A stretch of DNA of 63,749 nucleotides, the filler included, from Licmophora abbreviata (Eukaryota), in the NCBI GenBank assembly GCA_900291995.1. It is 19 parts of 19 records of this genome, joined end to end, with 100 filler letters (N's around TTAATTAATTAA, not from the genome) between each part and the next. Parts side by side here need not be neighbours in the genome. Positions count along the whole stretch, not along the records: positions 11,795 to 20,497 come from OLMU01005964.1; positions 20,598 to 22,681 come from OLMU01005965.1; positions 22,782 to 24,275 come from OLMU01005966.1; 16 more parts are not named here. One strand, given 5' to 3'. Below are positions 12,324 through 23,411 of the stretch, in pieces. The notes beneath the pieces are model-generated. The model did not search any database, was not told the origin of the DNA, and worked only from the letters and a program-made list of their open reading frames with translations. The stretch's first letter is position 1. The number at the start of each line of letters is the position of its first letter. The position numbers were made by a program, and so were the translations under genes.

Positions 12324-13619
12324 ATGAATGCACTTCTTCTTACTTTCTTAGTATTGACAATCACTCATCATGACTATGTTTTCAGCTTGTCGACAATAAA
12401 GAAACCCATCCTGACGAAAAGTCGAACGGTGACGTTTCCAGTCGTCACTTCCACCACCCTCCCAACTGACATTCGCGCTGCGTTTGATCGAATCGTCGAC
12501 TCGACTGACTTTTTCGAACAAAATCCGAACACTCATCATGATGACGACGACGGGATGAGTTGCGCTGTACCCTTGTTTGGAGACACTGTGAAAGTGACGT
12601 TGCGCGAGCAGTGGAAGAGTATTGCTAGTACCGACTCGAGCGACAAGCCCTCATCAGTGATACCACCCCCCTACGTGCTGACTGTACAAGGAAACGACGC
12701 CCTGACCAAGGACGACTTTGGATGGATCTGTGTCAAGTTTCTTGAGTGTCGTGACGAACTCGATGGACTCTTGGATACAACCAACTTGCAGACTGCCGTC
12801 GATCATCACTTTACCTACAAGAATACACCCCAAGACCCAGGATATGCAGCGAATCGAGCAAACTATGCGGGGTCCAGTAAGATTCGGGATTTCTTCGCAA
12901 AGGATAGAATATTACAAACGCTCCAGACAAAAGGGTTCGTGGTGATGGATCGGGGATTTCCAAAGACGACAGAGCGACAGCACGAATTGCTCGACAAGTA
13001 CTTGAAGAAAGAGTCGCGTCAAGCGGATGACATCCGCACCGACATGGTGCATTTCTTGAGTCGCAGCGAAGCTCAGGAGTGTGGCTTACAGGAGCATTAT
13101 GATATGCTACTGGGAATTACCTCGTTCTTCAATGACCACTTTTCTGAGTTTCATGAATCGGAAGAAGCGAAATTTGAACAACAACAACACCCTGCAGTAC
13201 CAATGCCACCTGCGACGCACGACGCACCACTGACCAATCCGGAGCTAATTCAACTTGCGGAATACCAACACGATGGGTTCTATGCACCGCATTCGGATAA
13301 CTCAGTCAATGACCAAGGCATTCGACAGAACTACCGCCTGTTCACTTGCATACTGTATTGCAACGACGATTGGACGACCCGAGACGGGGGTGCTCTTCGC
13401 ATTTACTCGGACTCGTCGTTTTTATTGAACCCCGATGATGCCATCGAGGGAAAAGAGTTCTATGAGATTATGCCCAAGAACGGACGGTTGCTAGTGTTCG
13501 ACTCGCGCATGGTTCACTCGGTCGAACCGGTGCTTCATCCCAGCAAGGTAAGGCGCGCATTGACGCTATGGATCAAGCGACCGACTGACATTGTGATGAA
13601 TGAAGATGAGAACGAATGA
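12324..13619 (+). CDS. 2OG-Fe(II) oxygenase, prolyl-4-hydroxylase/EGLN-like, with signal peptide (ORF open from 12171)
   Basis: YAPHSDN (HxD), TCILYCNDDW, DGGALRIY, PKNGRLLVFDSRMVHSV, RRALTLW. Confidence 0.88.
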   Translation: MNALLLTFLVLTITHHDYVFSLSTIKKPILTKSRTVTFPVVTSTTLPTDIRAAFDRIVDSTDFFEQNPNTHHDDDDGMSCAVPLFGDTVKVTLREQWKSIASTDSSDKPSSVIPPPYVLTVQGNDALTKDDFGWICVKFLECRDELDGLLDTTNLQTAVDHHFTYKNTPQDPGYAANRANYAGSSKIRDFFAKDRILQTLQTKGFVVMDRGFPKTTERQHELLDKYLKKESRQADDIRTDMVHFLSRSEAQECGLQEHYDMLLGITSFFNDHFSEFHESEEAKFEQQQHPAVPMPPATHDAPLTNPELIQLAEYQHDGFYAPHSDNSVNDQGIRQNYRLFTCILYCNDDWTTRDGGALRIYSDSSFLLNPDDAIEGKEFYEIMPKNGRLLVFDSRMVHSVEPVLHPSKVRRALTLWIKRPTDIVMNEDENE

Positions 13620-14310
13620 ACCCGCGCCACAAACATGCGTCGAAGTAGAGGTAATGAATTTTTTTATAGAGGGAGTACAGTGATGTTGGCAGTTTAAGCT
13701 AGATCTACCAACGGTTTGGAAAGCCGACGGTCGACTGAATTAGTGAGAAGTCAGAAGCATCATTCGCCAACAAAAAAGAGAGGATATGAAGAATTACAGG
13801 GCGGAAACGGAAGCATTGAAGGCAGTAGCGGCGAAACAGGAAGAGAACAAAATGAAGGATCGCGATCCAAAGAAAGCCAAGAAGAATTCGGTTCCATCTT
13901 CGGTTGTCATTCACTGAAACTGTTATGCCATTACGAGCTCGATTGGATTTACCGGTATCGCCGTCGACCGATCATGAACAGACCGTCCCGCCTCGATGAT
14001 CGTGTCAAATAGCGTCATGATATTCCCAATGACCGCACTTCCGAATTGTGTATTACGCCTATGACCCTGATGCCATAAATGAGACGGGCTTAACGATTGT
14101 GACCCACTGACCTTTAAAAGCTCACAAAGTTTCGTGCTGAAAGCCGCTATGTCGATGTGCGCTCGTGATTGAACTTATATCGCACCTGAGCCCCTTCGTG
14201 GTTGCCATGCCCCTGAATCATTAGCCCTTCAGCCCTTGAAAAGTATCAAGATGAAGTGCTGGTCACAATCAAACAGGCCTGTGATCAGTTTATCTTGTGC
14301 AAACAAAACT

Positions 14311-17300
14311 ATGAGAAGAATGTTGTTGACGGCTACCACGATGCTCGTTGCGCTCCTCCGCTCCAAGTGCGTGCAAGGGGAATTGCGTGCTGTCCCAGCT
14401 CATCCATTTGGATGGGATGAAATCGGACCTGAAGGAAAGTCCAAGGGAAAGCTGTTTTTGAAAGGACACCCGACGCATAAGCTGGGCGTACATGTTGTCA
14501 ATGAGGCTGGTCATGTTATGACGACCCAAGAGGCTTTAGGATCTTATACTCCAACAAGCCGACGGCTTGTATCGAGAGGTCATGAAATAGAGTCCATTTT
14601 GGGCGACGACGATGAAAACACCACCGAATTTTTGCTACTGCCTCCCGAGGAAGCTGACGACATACACTGTGAGGGACTTGGAAGAACTCCTTGGTGTCCC
14701 CAGAACGATCCCTTGCCTGCCGATTCACTTATGTTCAGAAATGGCGTTTCGGGCGGAGACGCCCCGACGGGTAAGCTTCGTCTTTTGGTACTGTTGATTC
14801 GATTTGAGGATCATATCGGGCGAGACTTACCAGACAAGTCCGACATCGAAACACTCTTCAATGCACGCCACGACGATGCCAAGATTACCCCTACGGGATC
14901 GGTACACAAATTCTTCCAGATCCAGTCTTTTGATCAGCTCGATGTAGAGGCAACCGTCACAGATTGGGTTACGGTGGATGGCAAAGAAGAGGATTTCTCG
15001 TTTGAAAACTTTGGGCTGACTTCCAGGTTTGCCTCGGTTAGTGTTCCAGTGCTATCAAGCCTTGACAATCAAGGCTTCGATTGGGCACGGTTCGACGAAG
15101 ATGGCGATGGCGTTTTGGATGGTGTTGTCATTATGCACTCGGGCTACGCCGCCGAAGGAGGTCAGACTGACTGTGTAAACAAGAGACCGTGGGGCAAGCA
15201 TCGAATATGGAGTCATCAGTCGCGCTCGGGTGCATGGTCGAGTACCCAGACCCCCCAGTACAAACTTGGTCGCTATACGGCTGTGTCGGCCAAGTTCGGG
15301 GCATGTGGCAACAATATTGCTCGCATAGGGGTCGTCGGCCATGAGTTGACTCATCTGTTTGGGCTGCCTGATATGATTGGAAATAAAGGCTCTGGTGTTG
15401 GGCATTACGACTCTATGGGGCAAATGTGGGGACCTGCTGGTAACCAATACTTTCCATCTACACTGAGCGCGTGGTCTCGAACGCAACTGGGGTGGCTTGA
15501 GCCGACGGTTGTATCACAGCCAGGAACGTACAATTTGCGAACGTCTCAGCTCTACCCCGATGCATTTCGAATTAATCGTGGGTTCCCGGAGGGCGAGTAT
15601 CTTCTTATTGAGAATCGTCAAGCAATAGAATATGACATTGGTCGCGACCCGGGAATATACGTCTGGCACATTGTCGAAGAAGCACCCGATAGTAATCGGC
15701 GGTGGATGCAAAATCCAGGCTGGCCGGGTCAGTTGGGCTGGCCTGCAAATTCCAACTACTATCAAGTCGCGTTCGTGGCAGCCGATGGCAACTACGATAT
15801 GGAGCAAGGGAGGAATTATGGGGACAGGGGCGATGCATGGAAGGATGGCAAGGTGCTGGGAGTTGGACCAGCCATGGACGTTGCAAACGACCCTCAGAGA
15901 TATCCGAACACAGATTCCTACAAGTATGGGAACATCCAGAAGTCGGGGGTAATTCTTTCCCACTTCAGCGCTCCTCAAGAGACAATGTCGTTTCAATTGT
16001 CCTTTGATGGCACAGAAACGAACGATCCTACACCACAGCCGACGCCCACTCCAACATTCCATCCTACACCTGGCCCGACACCGCAGCCGACGCCTGTACC
16101 TACACCACAGCCGACTCCTGGACCTACAGCTGCACCTACAAATGTGCCTACACTACAGCCGACACCTGGACCTACAACTGCACCTACGCCTGAACCCACA
16201 CCTGAACCCTCACCTGAACCCACACCTGAACCCACACCTGAACCCACACCTGAACCCACACCTGAACCCACACCTGAACCGACCGACTTTCCCACAAACG
16301 TTCCTTCGCGTGGCCCTTCCGGAACGCCAATTGAGATCCCATCAACGGCTCCAACGACTGTTCGTAGCTCGAACCCTTCTGCGAATCCGAGTGCGGTCCC
16401 ATCTGAGTTGCCGACAATACCAGTAGCTCCGAGCTCAAGTCCAACGGTCGTTGCCTCGTCCAATCCAACTGTTAGCAGCGCTCCGTCGACACTCCCTAGT
16501 TCTGTGGCTTCCGCGAATCCAAGTGTGGTTCCAACTGAGTTTCCGACCACTGCTCCGAGCTCAAGTCCTACTGTCGTCTCGTCGTCAAGTCCGACGCTCA
16601 GTAGAGCTCCATCAATCGTCCCTAGCTCGGTGGCTTCCTCTTATCCAAGTGTGGTCCCATCAGACGTTCCGACAATGGTTCCGAGCTCAAGTCCTACTGT
16701 CGTAGCCTCGTCGAATCCGACCCTTAGTAGCGCTCCTAGCTACGCGCCCTCCGAAGTCCCAAGTACGCAGCCCAGTATCTCGGGTATGCCATCTATGCCT
16801 CCAAGTGCCTTTCCTTCCGGTTCACCGTCAGCGATGCCATCGCACAGTGTGGCCCCGTCGTCCTTGCCGAGCGCGTCGCCTTCCTACAGCAGCGCACCAT
16901 CAGACGTTCCGAGCGATTCACCTTCCGCCCAGCCTTCTGCTCAGCCAACGGTATCAGCGATGCCATCATCGTTACCGAGCGTGTCACCTTCCTACAGCAG
17001 CGCACCATCAGACGTTCCAAGTGATTCGCCTTCCCTCCACCCTTCCTCTCAGCCAACCGCATCAGCGATGCCTTCTGAGTCACCATCGACGGAGCCATCT
17101 TTTTCCCCATCTTTTTCGACAAGCCCGACATCGATGCCCAGTGAAATGCCGACAGAAACTCCGTCAAGTATTCCCACAGCACCGCCATCCTCAATGCCAT
17201 CCCTTTCTATTGCTCCAAGCACATCGCCAACACATGTACCGTCGACGAACCCAAGTCTGTCGCCTAGCCACGAGCCATCAAGCCACCCGTCTACAGCACC

Positions 17301-17631
17301 GACTTTGTCTTTCGCGCCGTCCATTGTTCCTTCTGCCCAGCCAAGCGAAAGACCAAGTACATCAGTAGCTCCCAGCGAGCTGCCAAGCGCTAATCCAAGT
17401 TCCATGCCCACGCTAGCTCCGTCTAACGAGCCGTCCTTGCGACCAAGCGCACAACCGAGCATGTCGGAAGCTCCAACTGACCTCCCAACCTCACAGCCCA
17501 GTACAAGCGGCGCTCCAACCTCGTCACCCACCACGGGACCAAGCTCTGCGCCCACGCTATACGACCCTTACCAGCATGTTGCCGGGCTGGGGTTTCTCGC
17601 AAACGTTAATATAACGGACCATAGTGTATGA
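14311..17631 (+). CDS. Secreted M6-family (immune inhibitor A-like) metalloprotease with long Pro/Ser/Thr stalk
   Basis: Signal peptide, AVPAHP prodomain, LVLLIRFED, FDEDGDGVLD, RIWSH, GVVGHELTHLFGLPD, SAWSRTQLGW, EYLLIENRQ. Confidence 0.9.
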   Translation: MRRMLLTATTMLVALLRSKCVQGELRAVPAHPFGWDEIGPEGKSKGKLFLKGHPTHKLGVHVVNEAGHVMTTQEALGSYTPTSRRLVSRGHEIESILGDDDENTTEFLLLPPEEADDIHCEGLGRTPWCPQNDPLPADSLMFRNGVSGGDAPTGKLRLLVLLIRFEDHIGRDLPDKSDIETLFNARHDDAKITPTGSVHKFFQIQSFDQLDVEATVTDWVTVDGKEEDFSFENFGLTSRFASVSVPVLSSLDNQGFDWARFDEDGDGVLDGVVIMHSGYAAEGGQTDCVNKRPWGKHRIWSHQSRSGAWSSTQTPQYKLGRYTAVSAKFGACGNNIARIGVVGHELTHLFGLPDMIGNKGSGVGHYDSMGQMWGPAGNQYFPSTLSAWSRTQLGWLEPTVVSQPGTYNLRTSQLYPDAFRINRGFPEGEYLLIENRQAIEYDIGRDPGIYVWHIVEEAPDSNRRWMQNPGWPGQLGWPANSNYYQVAFVAADGNYDMEQGRNYGDRGDAWKDGKVLGVGPAMDVANDPQRYPNTDSYKYGNIQKSGVILSHFSAPQETMSFQLSFDGTETNDPTPQPTPTPTFHPTPGPTPQPTPVPTPQPTPGPTAAPTNVPTLQPTPGPTTAPTPEPTPEPSPEPTPEPTPEPTPEPTPEPTPEPTDFPTNVPSRGPSGTPIEIPSTAPTTVRSSNPSANPSAVPSELPTIPVAPSSSPTVVASSNPTVSSAPSTLPSSVASANPSVVPTEFPTTAPSSSPTVVSSSSPTLSRAPSIVPSSVASSYPSVVPSDVPTMVPSSSPTVVASSNPTLSSAPSYAPSEVPSTQPSISGMPSMPPSAFPSGSPSAMPSHSVAPSSLPSASPSYSSAPSDVPSDSPSAQPSAQPTVSAMPSSLPSVSPSYSSAPSDVPSDSPSLHPSSQPTASAMPSESPSTEPSFSPSFSTSPTSMPSEMPTETPSSIPTAPPSSMPSLSIAPSTSPTHVPSTNPSLSPSHEPSSHPSTAPTLSFAPSIVPSAQPSERPSTSVAPSELPSANPSSMPTLAPSNEPSLRPSAQPSMSEAPTDLPTSQPSTSGAPTSSPTTGPSSAPTLYDPYQHVAGLGFLANVNITDHSV
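16027..17555 (+). repeat. Coding tandem repeats: 12-bp (PTPE) array near 16189-16280, 126-bp units starting 16429/16555/16681, 108-bp units at 16883/16991
   Basis: cctgaacccaca array; ccgagctcaagt recurs every 126 nt; cctacagcagcgcaccatcagacgttcc recurs after 108 nt. Confidence 0.9.
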
Positions 17632-17746
17632 ATAGAACTAGAGTATATCATCAATTTCGAACCGCAGGTTCAGGTCGTAAGTTCGTCTCTAATTGGCAGT
17701 AACCGGCTAGCCAACGCACTCTTAGGGTTCGTCAAGCCTGACCAAA

Positions 17747-20111
17747 CTATTTCTTTAATGAAGTTTTGTAGCGCCGCCATCCCGAGGGCTTCATAGTCCA
17801 GGGGCTAGGCTTGAATTCTGGGTATTGAAAGGATGTTGACCTCCTAGAATTGGACATGGAAATCCCATGAAGGTCTGTGGCGGCACTGGCACTTCCCAGA
17901 TCATGATTCGCTGTACGACGTGGGATAACTATACCGGCACATGCCTGTAGCATTTTCTTCATTCGAGCGCGCCGTGCATCGTCAATAGCTTTCCTGGCGG
18001 TCTCATCACTTTTCTTTGCGTCCAACACGTTGGATCCCGTAAGCGTGGCGTCTCTCCCATCGGGCTCGATCACAGGTGACGGCCCAATCGTTACCGAGGA
18101 GTGCTTTGCAGCATTGTTGCCTATTCTCTGCGTGACGGCCGAGGTTGCTGCTGTCGCTGATTCTCCGACGGCCTTCTTTCTTTTGGGACTGTTAGATACC
18201 GCTACGCGGATCAACGCTGCTGCTTCCCCTGAAGACTTTCCAAGGAAGTGATGTTCTTAGCCCTGGCAATCTTGCTAATCTATTGGAAGCAGCAAAACTG
18301 TCAGAGCCAAGATACTTAAAAGATACAGGGTTCACCCAAAAGTTACGCGTACCTCGTCAAGAACCTCTATCAACGTTAAGTTATCGCCCGTCAGGGCGTT
18401 CTCGTTGAATGTCTTCGAATGGAAGTCTGTACAGTCCTTCAGGAGGTCCGATATGGCAAGTAGAAGGAGCGCAGCCGTCGTATTGCTGCAGTCGGTGCCA
18501 GCGTAGCTATTGAGAGATGATTCAGCCTCTCTTCGCCAAACATCGAAAATCGACGTGCGACACGGCTTCTTTTTAAAGATTATTTTTCCAGCTTCCATTA
18601 TGGCCCCGCCTTTCAGAAAGGCCAGGCGAGCTGCAGCAACAACCAAAACCTTCTCGTACATCGTTGGATTCCATTTCTTTCCGATTGTATTGGCAAGACC
18701 TGCCGCCAACTCTTTTGCCTTGCCTTCATCGGCGATCACATACGGAAACCTGCGGTTCCAGTCTGCCATCGGTGTGCCTTCAGGAAGCGTAGTACGCACA
18801 AGGATACTCTGCAGTTTCCCTCCCTGCACAAAAAAGCAGATAAGCCAATTGTTCCCTAGCACAATTCAAAATCCGCATGTACACAATGTACTTACAAGCG
18901 CCTCTGTCATGCGTTTCTCAGAATACATCGCTTCATCGTCGGCGGGCTTGATCGTCTTCGGAGCCTTTCGAGAAGTTCCCTCGCCATCGCTACGTCGTCG
19001 CTTCAGGTTCGTAAGTGGCTCATCATCCGTGTCCTCTTCCTGGTGTCCGCTTGAGCTCATGTTCACATCCCGTGTGTTATCGCTCGTCGTCATGGTCAGC
19101 TTCCAAAGCGGTTGAATAGGGTGGGCATCCGACCCCTTGCTCCCCCACGGGAGTTGCTGTGACCTCTTTTCTGCTTCCTCAGCGCTCCGAATATAATCTG
19201 CGCGACTGTACTTTTTCTTGCTCCCTTTTTTCTTTGGCAGATTCTTCCAGAACTGCGTGCCGGTCTTGCGATCGCTTTGAGATTCGAAGAAGGCAAGTAG
19301 ATGAGGTTTGATGGCCATGGCATCCAACTTCAACAAGTCCAAATCAAAGGGCGTCTTGGACAAATGGGTTGTCGTGGTAGTCTTTGACTGTGCACGACGA
19401 AGCTCCTCGTCATTCTCACACGAAAGAGCTTCATAGACTTGCTTGGGCGTCATTTCGAGCAGGTTGCTGACTTGCTCGGGCGACGCATATTTTAGAGAAA
19501 AGATATCCACAATATTGGAAATAAGCCCCAAGTGCGCTCGCCACTTCGCATGATCTTGAGAGGCGTGTGGCTTTTGCAGCAAGTAGTATCCCTCGTCAGA
19601 GCCCACCCAAAGACCACGACTCTCGTACTCGATACCATAGTCGACCGTGAAAGATGTGAACGTTGGATACTTCAATTCAAACGGAATGGGCTGAGCCTGT
19701 GGATCGACAGGCTGAAGAGAGCCGCGTAGTATACAGCCTTTCTTAATATTGTCCAGGGTCAGTTTCTTGCCTTTGGCATCTACAAGATACCAGTCCGATA
19801 GGAAACCTGGGGTGTGGAGATAATCGAAGCGCCAGAATACATAGAACACACGTCAGTGCCACAAATACAAATAGAAACTCGACAGATTTCGTCGAGTACA
19901 GGTCGAGGCAAAGTCTACTTACGAAGCAGCTCCTCATTGAGGCCACTCTTATCGTAGGCCCCGTTGAATTGAACGAGCTGTTCAGGGACAAGTTAGAAGG
20001 TCGCAAAAGAGGAAGGTTAGGGTACCCGATCAGATTCACAAAAAAGATACCACAGAATTCGGAACTCACGTCGGCCTCAGTTTTGTACTCGTCTTGATTC
20101 GTCGACGGCAT
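17747..20111 (-). CDS. Five-exon nuclear protein with N-terminal DNMT1 replication-foci (RFD/RFTS)-like domain; exons 20111-20070, 19977-19923, 19806-18896, 18823-18353, 18279-17747
   Basis: Four GT-AG introns (92, 116, 72, 73 nt) splice in frame; LRFLSDWYLVD...LRGSL...FTVDYG...LWVGSDEGYYLLQKP fits RFD spacing; NLS-like PKRKK; needs one extra base in the run at 18226-18229. Confidence 0.65.
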
Positions 20112-21260
20112 GATCCATTCGAGAAGACTCTCCGGGAGGTTGATATGTCTCGGCTTCGTGATTCCTCCGGCCGAAGCTGTCAGAGGAAGCTCCTATCTTT
20201 CACAGCGACGGCTTCAACAGCTAGACACCCCCACTTTGATGAAGGTGTGTTTTGTGTGTGGATTTCGTGTTGTGTGTGGTGCGCGTCCAAACAGATTTCT
20301 TGAGAGAACGGCGTGCGAGCTCGTTTTTATTGAAGCTTTCCAAGGACCTCTTAAGTGTCTAGCCGGCGCGCGCCGGGCGAGTCGTCGCAGTCATCATTTC
20401 TTGGGGGCGCGTGCTTCTTTCAACTTCTGCCCGTTCGTTGTCCTCTTCTCGTTCTGTATGCGTCTTTCTGTCGTGACTGTGCTGCGATATCGTGATGNNN
20501 NNNNNNNNNNNNNNNNNNNNNNNNNNNNNNNNNNNNNNNNNTTAATTAATTAANNNNNNNNNNNNNNNNNNNNNNNNNNNNNNNNNNNNNNNNNNNNCTT
20601 TCTGTCATGACTGTGCTGCGATATCGTGATGAGAGGAGACACATGTAACATTGCAAGCAGCATCGTGTTGATTCCAAACCCTCTGCCCGTTCGTGTTTTC
20701 GCGTCGCCTCTGCTGCTGCTGGATGGTGGCTGGTGTTGGTGTCGCGGGTCGCGGACGACATTGAGCGCAAGTAACACAAGCGGATGTAATGCCTGATACT
20801 ATCGTCTTGATCGATGGAGAGTATCGGTGAGGTGACTTCAACAGCGCTCGTTTTGCGACGGACGACGCACGATCTGTGCGTGTCCTTGTTATCTGTTTTG
20901 CTCGAAGGGATGGAACGTTAGTGTACTCTCAACTCCTGACGGACTACGTTAGCCTGACGAGTGGGCGCAATGACTTTACCTAGTCACGGTCAAGTCTATC
21001 GCGTAATGCGTTGACGACATTCGGCGCAACACAGAACTGTGCGAGCTCTACTCGTCGCGAGCTCTTCTCACATGTTTGGCGCTAACGCGCAGCTTCTTTC
21101 TCCACGTGTCGTTACTGTATCTTTCGTCCTGTTGATGTCGTCGTCTGATGGGGATCTCAGTCGTCGTCTCCCAGGTACATACCTGGTACATTGATTTAGT
21201 CAGTCTGGTGGCACATTGCCCACGACGGATACCCGTGACGATACCGACGACTCCGCAACG

Positions 21261-22445
21261 ATGGCAAAGACTCGAGCCCCTGTTGGCGACGATGCCCTGG
21301 AACAGCCCTCCAACGCCAGTCGCGGTGTACTTCCGCTACTCGTATGCGCCGTGGGAATTTGCTCGTGCTACCTCTGCTACGGCGTGCTTCAAGAAGAACT
21401 CTTTACCGCGAACAGTAGCAATGGTGAGCGACCAGTCGGGGCGACCTTTCTGCTGACATCGCAGGCCATTATGAACGCGGCGTTTGCCTTCGTTTGGACT
21501 CGAGTGGCGGCTGCGTCCGATTCGGAGACGAAGACTTCTTCCGGAAGTAAACTACAGAGACTGCACCATCCACTGTTATTTGCGAGTAAGTCGATTACCA
21601 TCGTATCCGTTAGCCATTGCCTGGCGACGTATGCTCGAACTCACCATATCCTGATCACCCCTATCTCTCTTCAAAACGCTCCCGAAAAATACACAGCTTC
21701 CGTATGCTTTGTCGTGGCCATGATTTGCAGCAATGAGAGCTTGCGATTTGTATCGTATCCAACGGCGGTACTCATGAAGAGTAGCAAACTGATTCCTATC
21801 ATGGTTCTGGGATATGTTGTCGAGAAAAGACGGTATTCGTTTCTGGAATGGATGTCGGCCATATCGATATCAGCTGGCGTGGTGCTGTTTCACTTGTCGA
21901 GAATCGAACCGAATCGTGGGGACGAAGAGAAACAGCGAGCGTCATCATCCTGGTATGGCATGGGACTTCTTTCACTCAGTTTGTTCATGGACGGCTTGCT
22001 GGGGGCATGTCAGGGACTTCTCAAGTCGTCCTCATTATCACAATCGCGATACAGACCGCCGACCGTAATGGAGACCATGTGTTATGTCAATGTATACGCG
22101 GTACTACTGCTGATTCCGACTTGCCTATACTTGAATCAGTGGTCACATGGGATAGCACAGATCCAATCATCGCAAAGATTATTCCATGGCATGCTCGGAA
22201 TGAATCTCTGCGTGAGCATCGGACAGGTCTTTGTCTTTACCACCATTACGTGGTACTCCTCGCTCACTTGCACGACAATCACAACCACAAGAAAGTTCTT
22301 TACGATACTGCTGAGCGTGATGCATTTTGGACATCAGTTTTCACTCACGCAATGGTGCAGTGTGGCGCTGGTGTTTGGCGGACTCTATCTAAGTCTCGTC
22401 TCAAAGCAAAAGGATGCAGGCAAGTCGAAAGCAAAGGTAGAGTAA
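21261..22445 (+). CDS. UAA-family nucleotide-sugar (UDP-galactose, SLC35B1-like) transporter; intron 21586..21696
   Basis: YGVLQEELF, SNESLRFVSYPTAVLMKSSKLIPIM, ITTTRKFFTILLSV, dilysine-like end KAKVE. Confidence 0.92.
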   Translation: MAKTRAPVGDDALEQPSNASRGVLPLLVCAVGICSCYLCYGVLQEELFTANSSNGERPVGATFLLTSQAIMNAAFAFVWTRVAAASDSETKTSSGSKLQRLHHPLLFASKSITIVSVSHCLATYARTHHILITPISLQNAPEKYTASVCFVVAMICSNESLRFVSYPTAVLMKSSKLIPIMVLGYVVEKRRYSFLEWMSAISISAGVVLFHLSRIEPNRGDEEKQRASSSWYGMGLLSLSLFMDGLLGACQGLLKSSSLSQSRYRPPTVMETMCYVNVYAVLLLIPTCLYLNQWSHGIAQIQSSQRLFHGMLGMNLCVSIGQVFVFTTITWYSSLTCTTITTTRKFFTILLSVMHFGHQFSLTQWCSVALVFGGLYLSLVSKQKDAGKSKAKVE

Positions 22446-23411
22446 TAAATCGAGCAGCAACTACGGTACGAGAATACTGGAGGGTCTCCCCTAGCGGGCT
22501 CTCTCTGACTGACTGGAAACAGCACTACGGAGAACGCCCCAAGATCGATTTGAGCTTCTCCGAGGAGTCTGTTTTGCGTCAGCGTGTGATTTTACCTTGG
22601 CTTGGAGGCTGCAGACACGGCGAGCGTCGGCGTTGTCAGTGGAATCAGCACCACCTATACGCTCTCGTCCCTTCCCCCAAGNNNNNNNNNNNNNNNNNNN
22701 NNNNNNNNNNNNNNNNNNNNNNNNNTTAATTAATTAANNNNNNNNNNNNNNNNNNNNNNNNNNNNNNNNNNNNNNNNNNNNGATAGATACCTGTACGACG
22801 TACTGCGATAGCTACCCGACGATACGCGTTACCACCTGTTGCTACCTATCGAAGTCTCCAACGTTCCAATCGACATTGAATCCAATCGTGCTAATGAATC
22901 GTACAGTATACGTACTGATCGTGCGGACGCTATCCAAGACTTTCTTCTAGTCCCTAGATTCGTGAATGAGTGGCATATGCTTGGTAAGACGGTAGGGATC
23001 GGACTCCTGTGCCTCGGAGAGACGTCAGCCGTCCAAACGTCGGCATGGGGCATAATTGCAATCGTACGCACGTACGATCCACGTATGTTTCTACGGTTGG
23101 TCTTTTAGAAATATCAAGACAGAGTCAGATTTATCTCGATCGATAATTGCCATCGGAAAGCAGGTCATCAATGCCTCTTCGAATTTAGGGTCAGGAGTCA
23201 TTCAGCGCTTCTGTGCAAAGTTTTGGAGCACCTTTGCGCCTCTTTTTTGTGAGAGTCTTGGGCCATACCATTCGCTCAATTGTCACCCAGAGATTCGCTT
23301 GTCCGTCTCTTCTGCTTTTGACCCCTCTAGTCTCTGTTTCACTGTCTTGAGTCGATTATAAGAGACCGTTTTGATAGTATTAGAGAGTGATAGACACAGA
23401 AACTAAAAAGA

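Noticed and set aside
13747..13917. HMG-linker-like fragment (KREDMKNYRAE...KDRDPKKAKK)
   Set aside because: Short, bounded by stops and compositionally biased; cannot be distinguished from chance
15993..17555. Antisense and alternate-frame ORFs (GSGV, VWVQ, HLNP repeats)
   Set aside because: Shadows of the Pro/Thr/Ser repeats of the protease stalk
22491..22681. Possible 3' end of a minus-strand gene at the contig edge
   Set aside because: About 60 open codons with no recognisable motif
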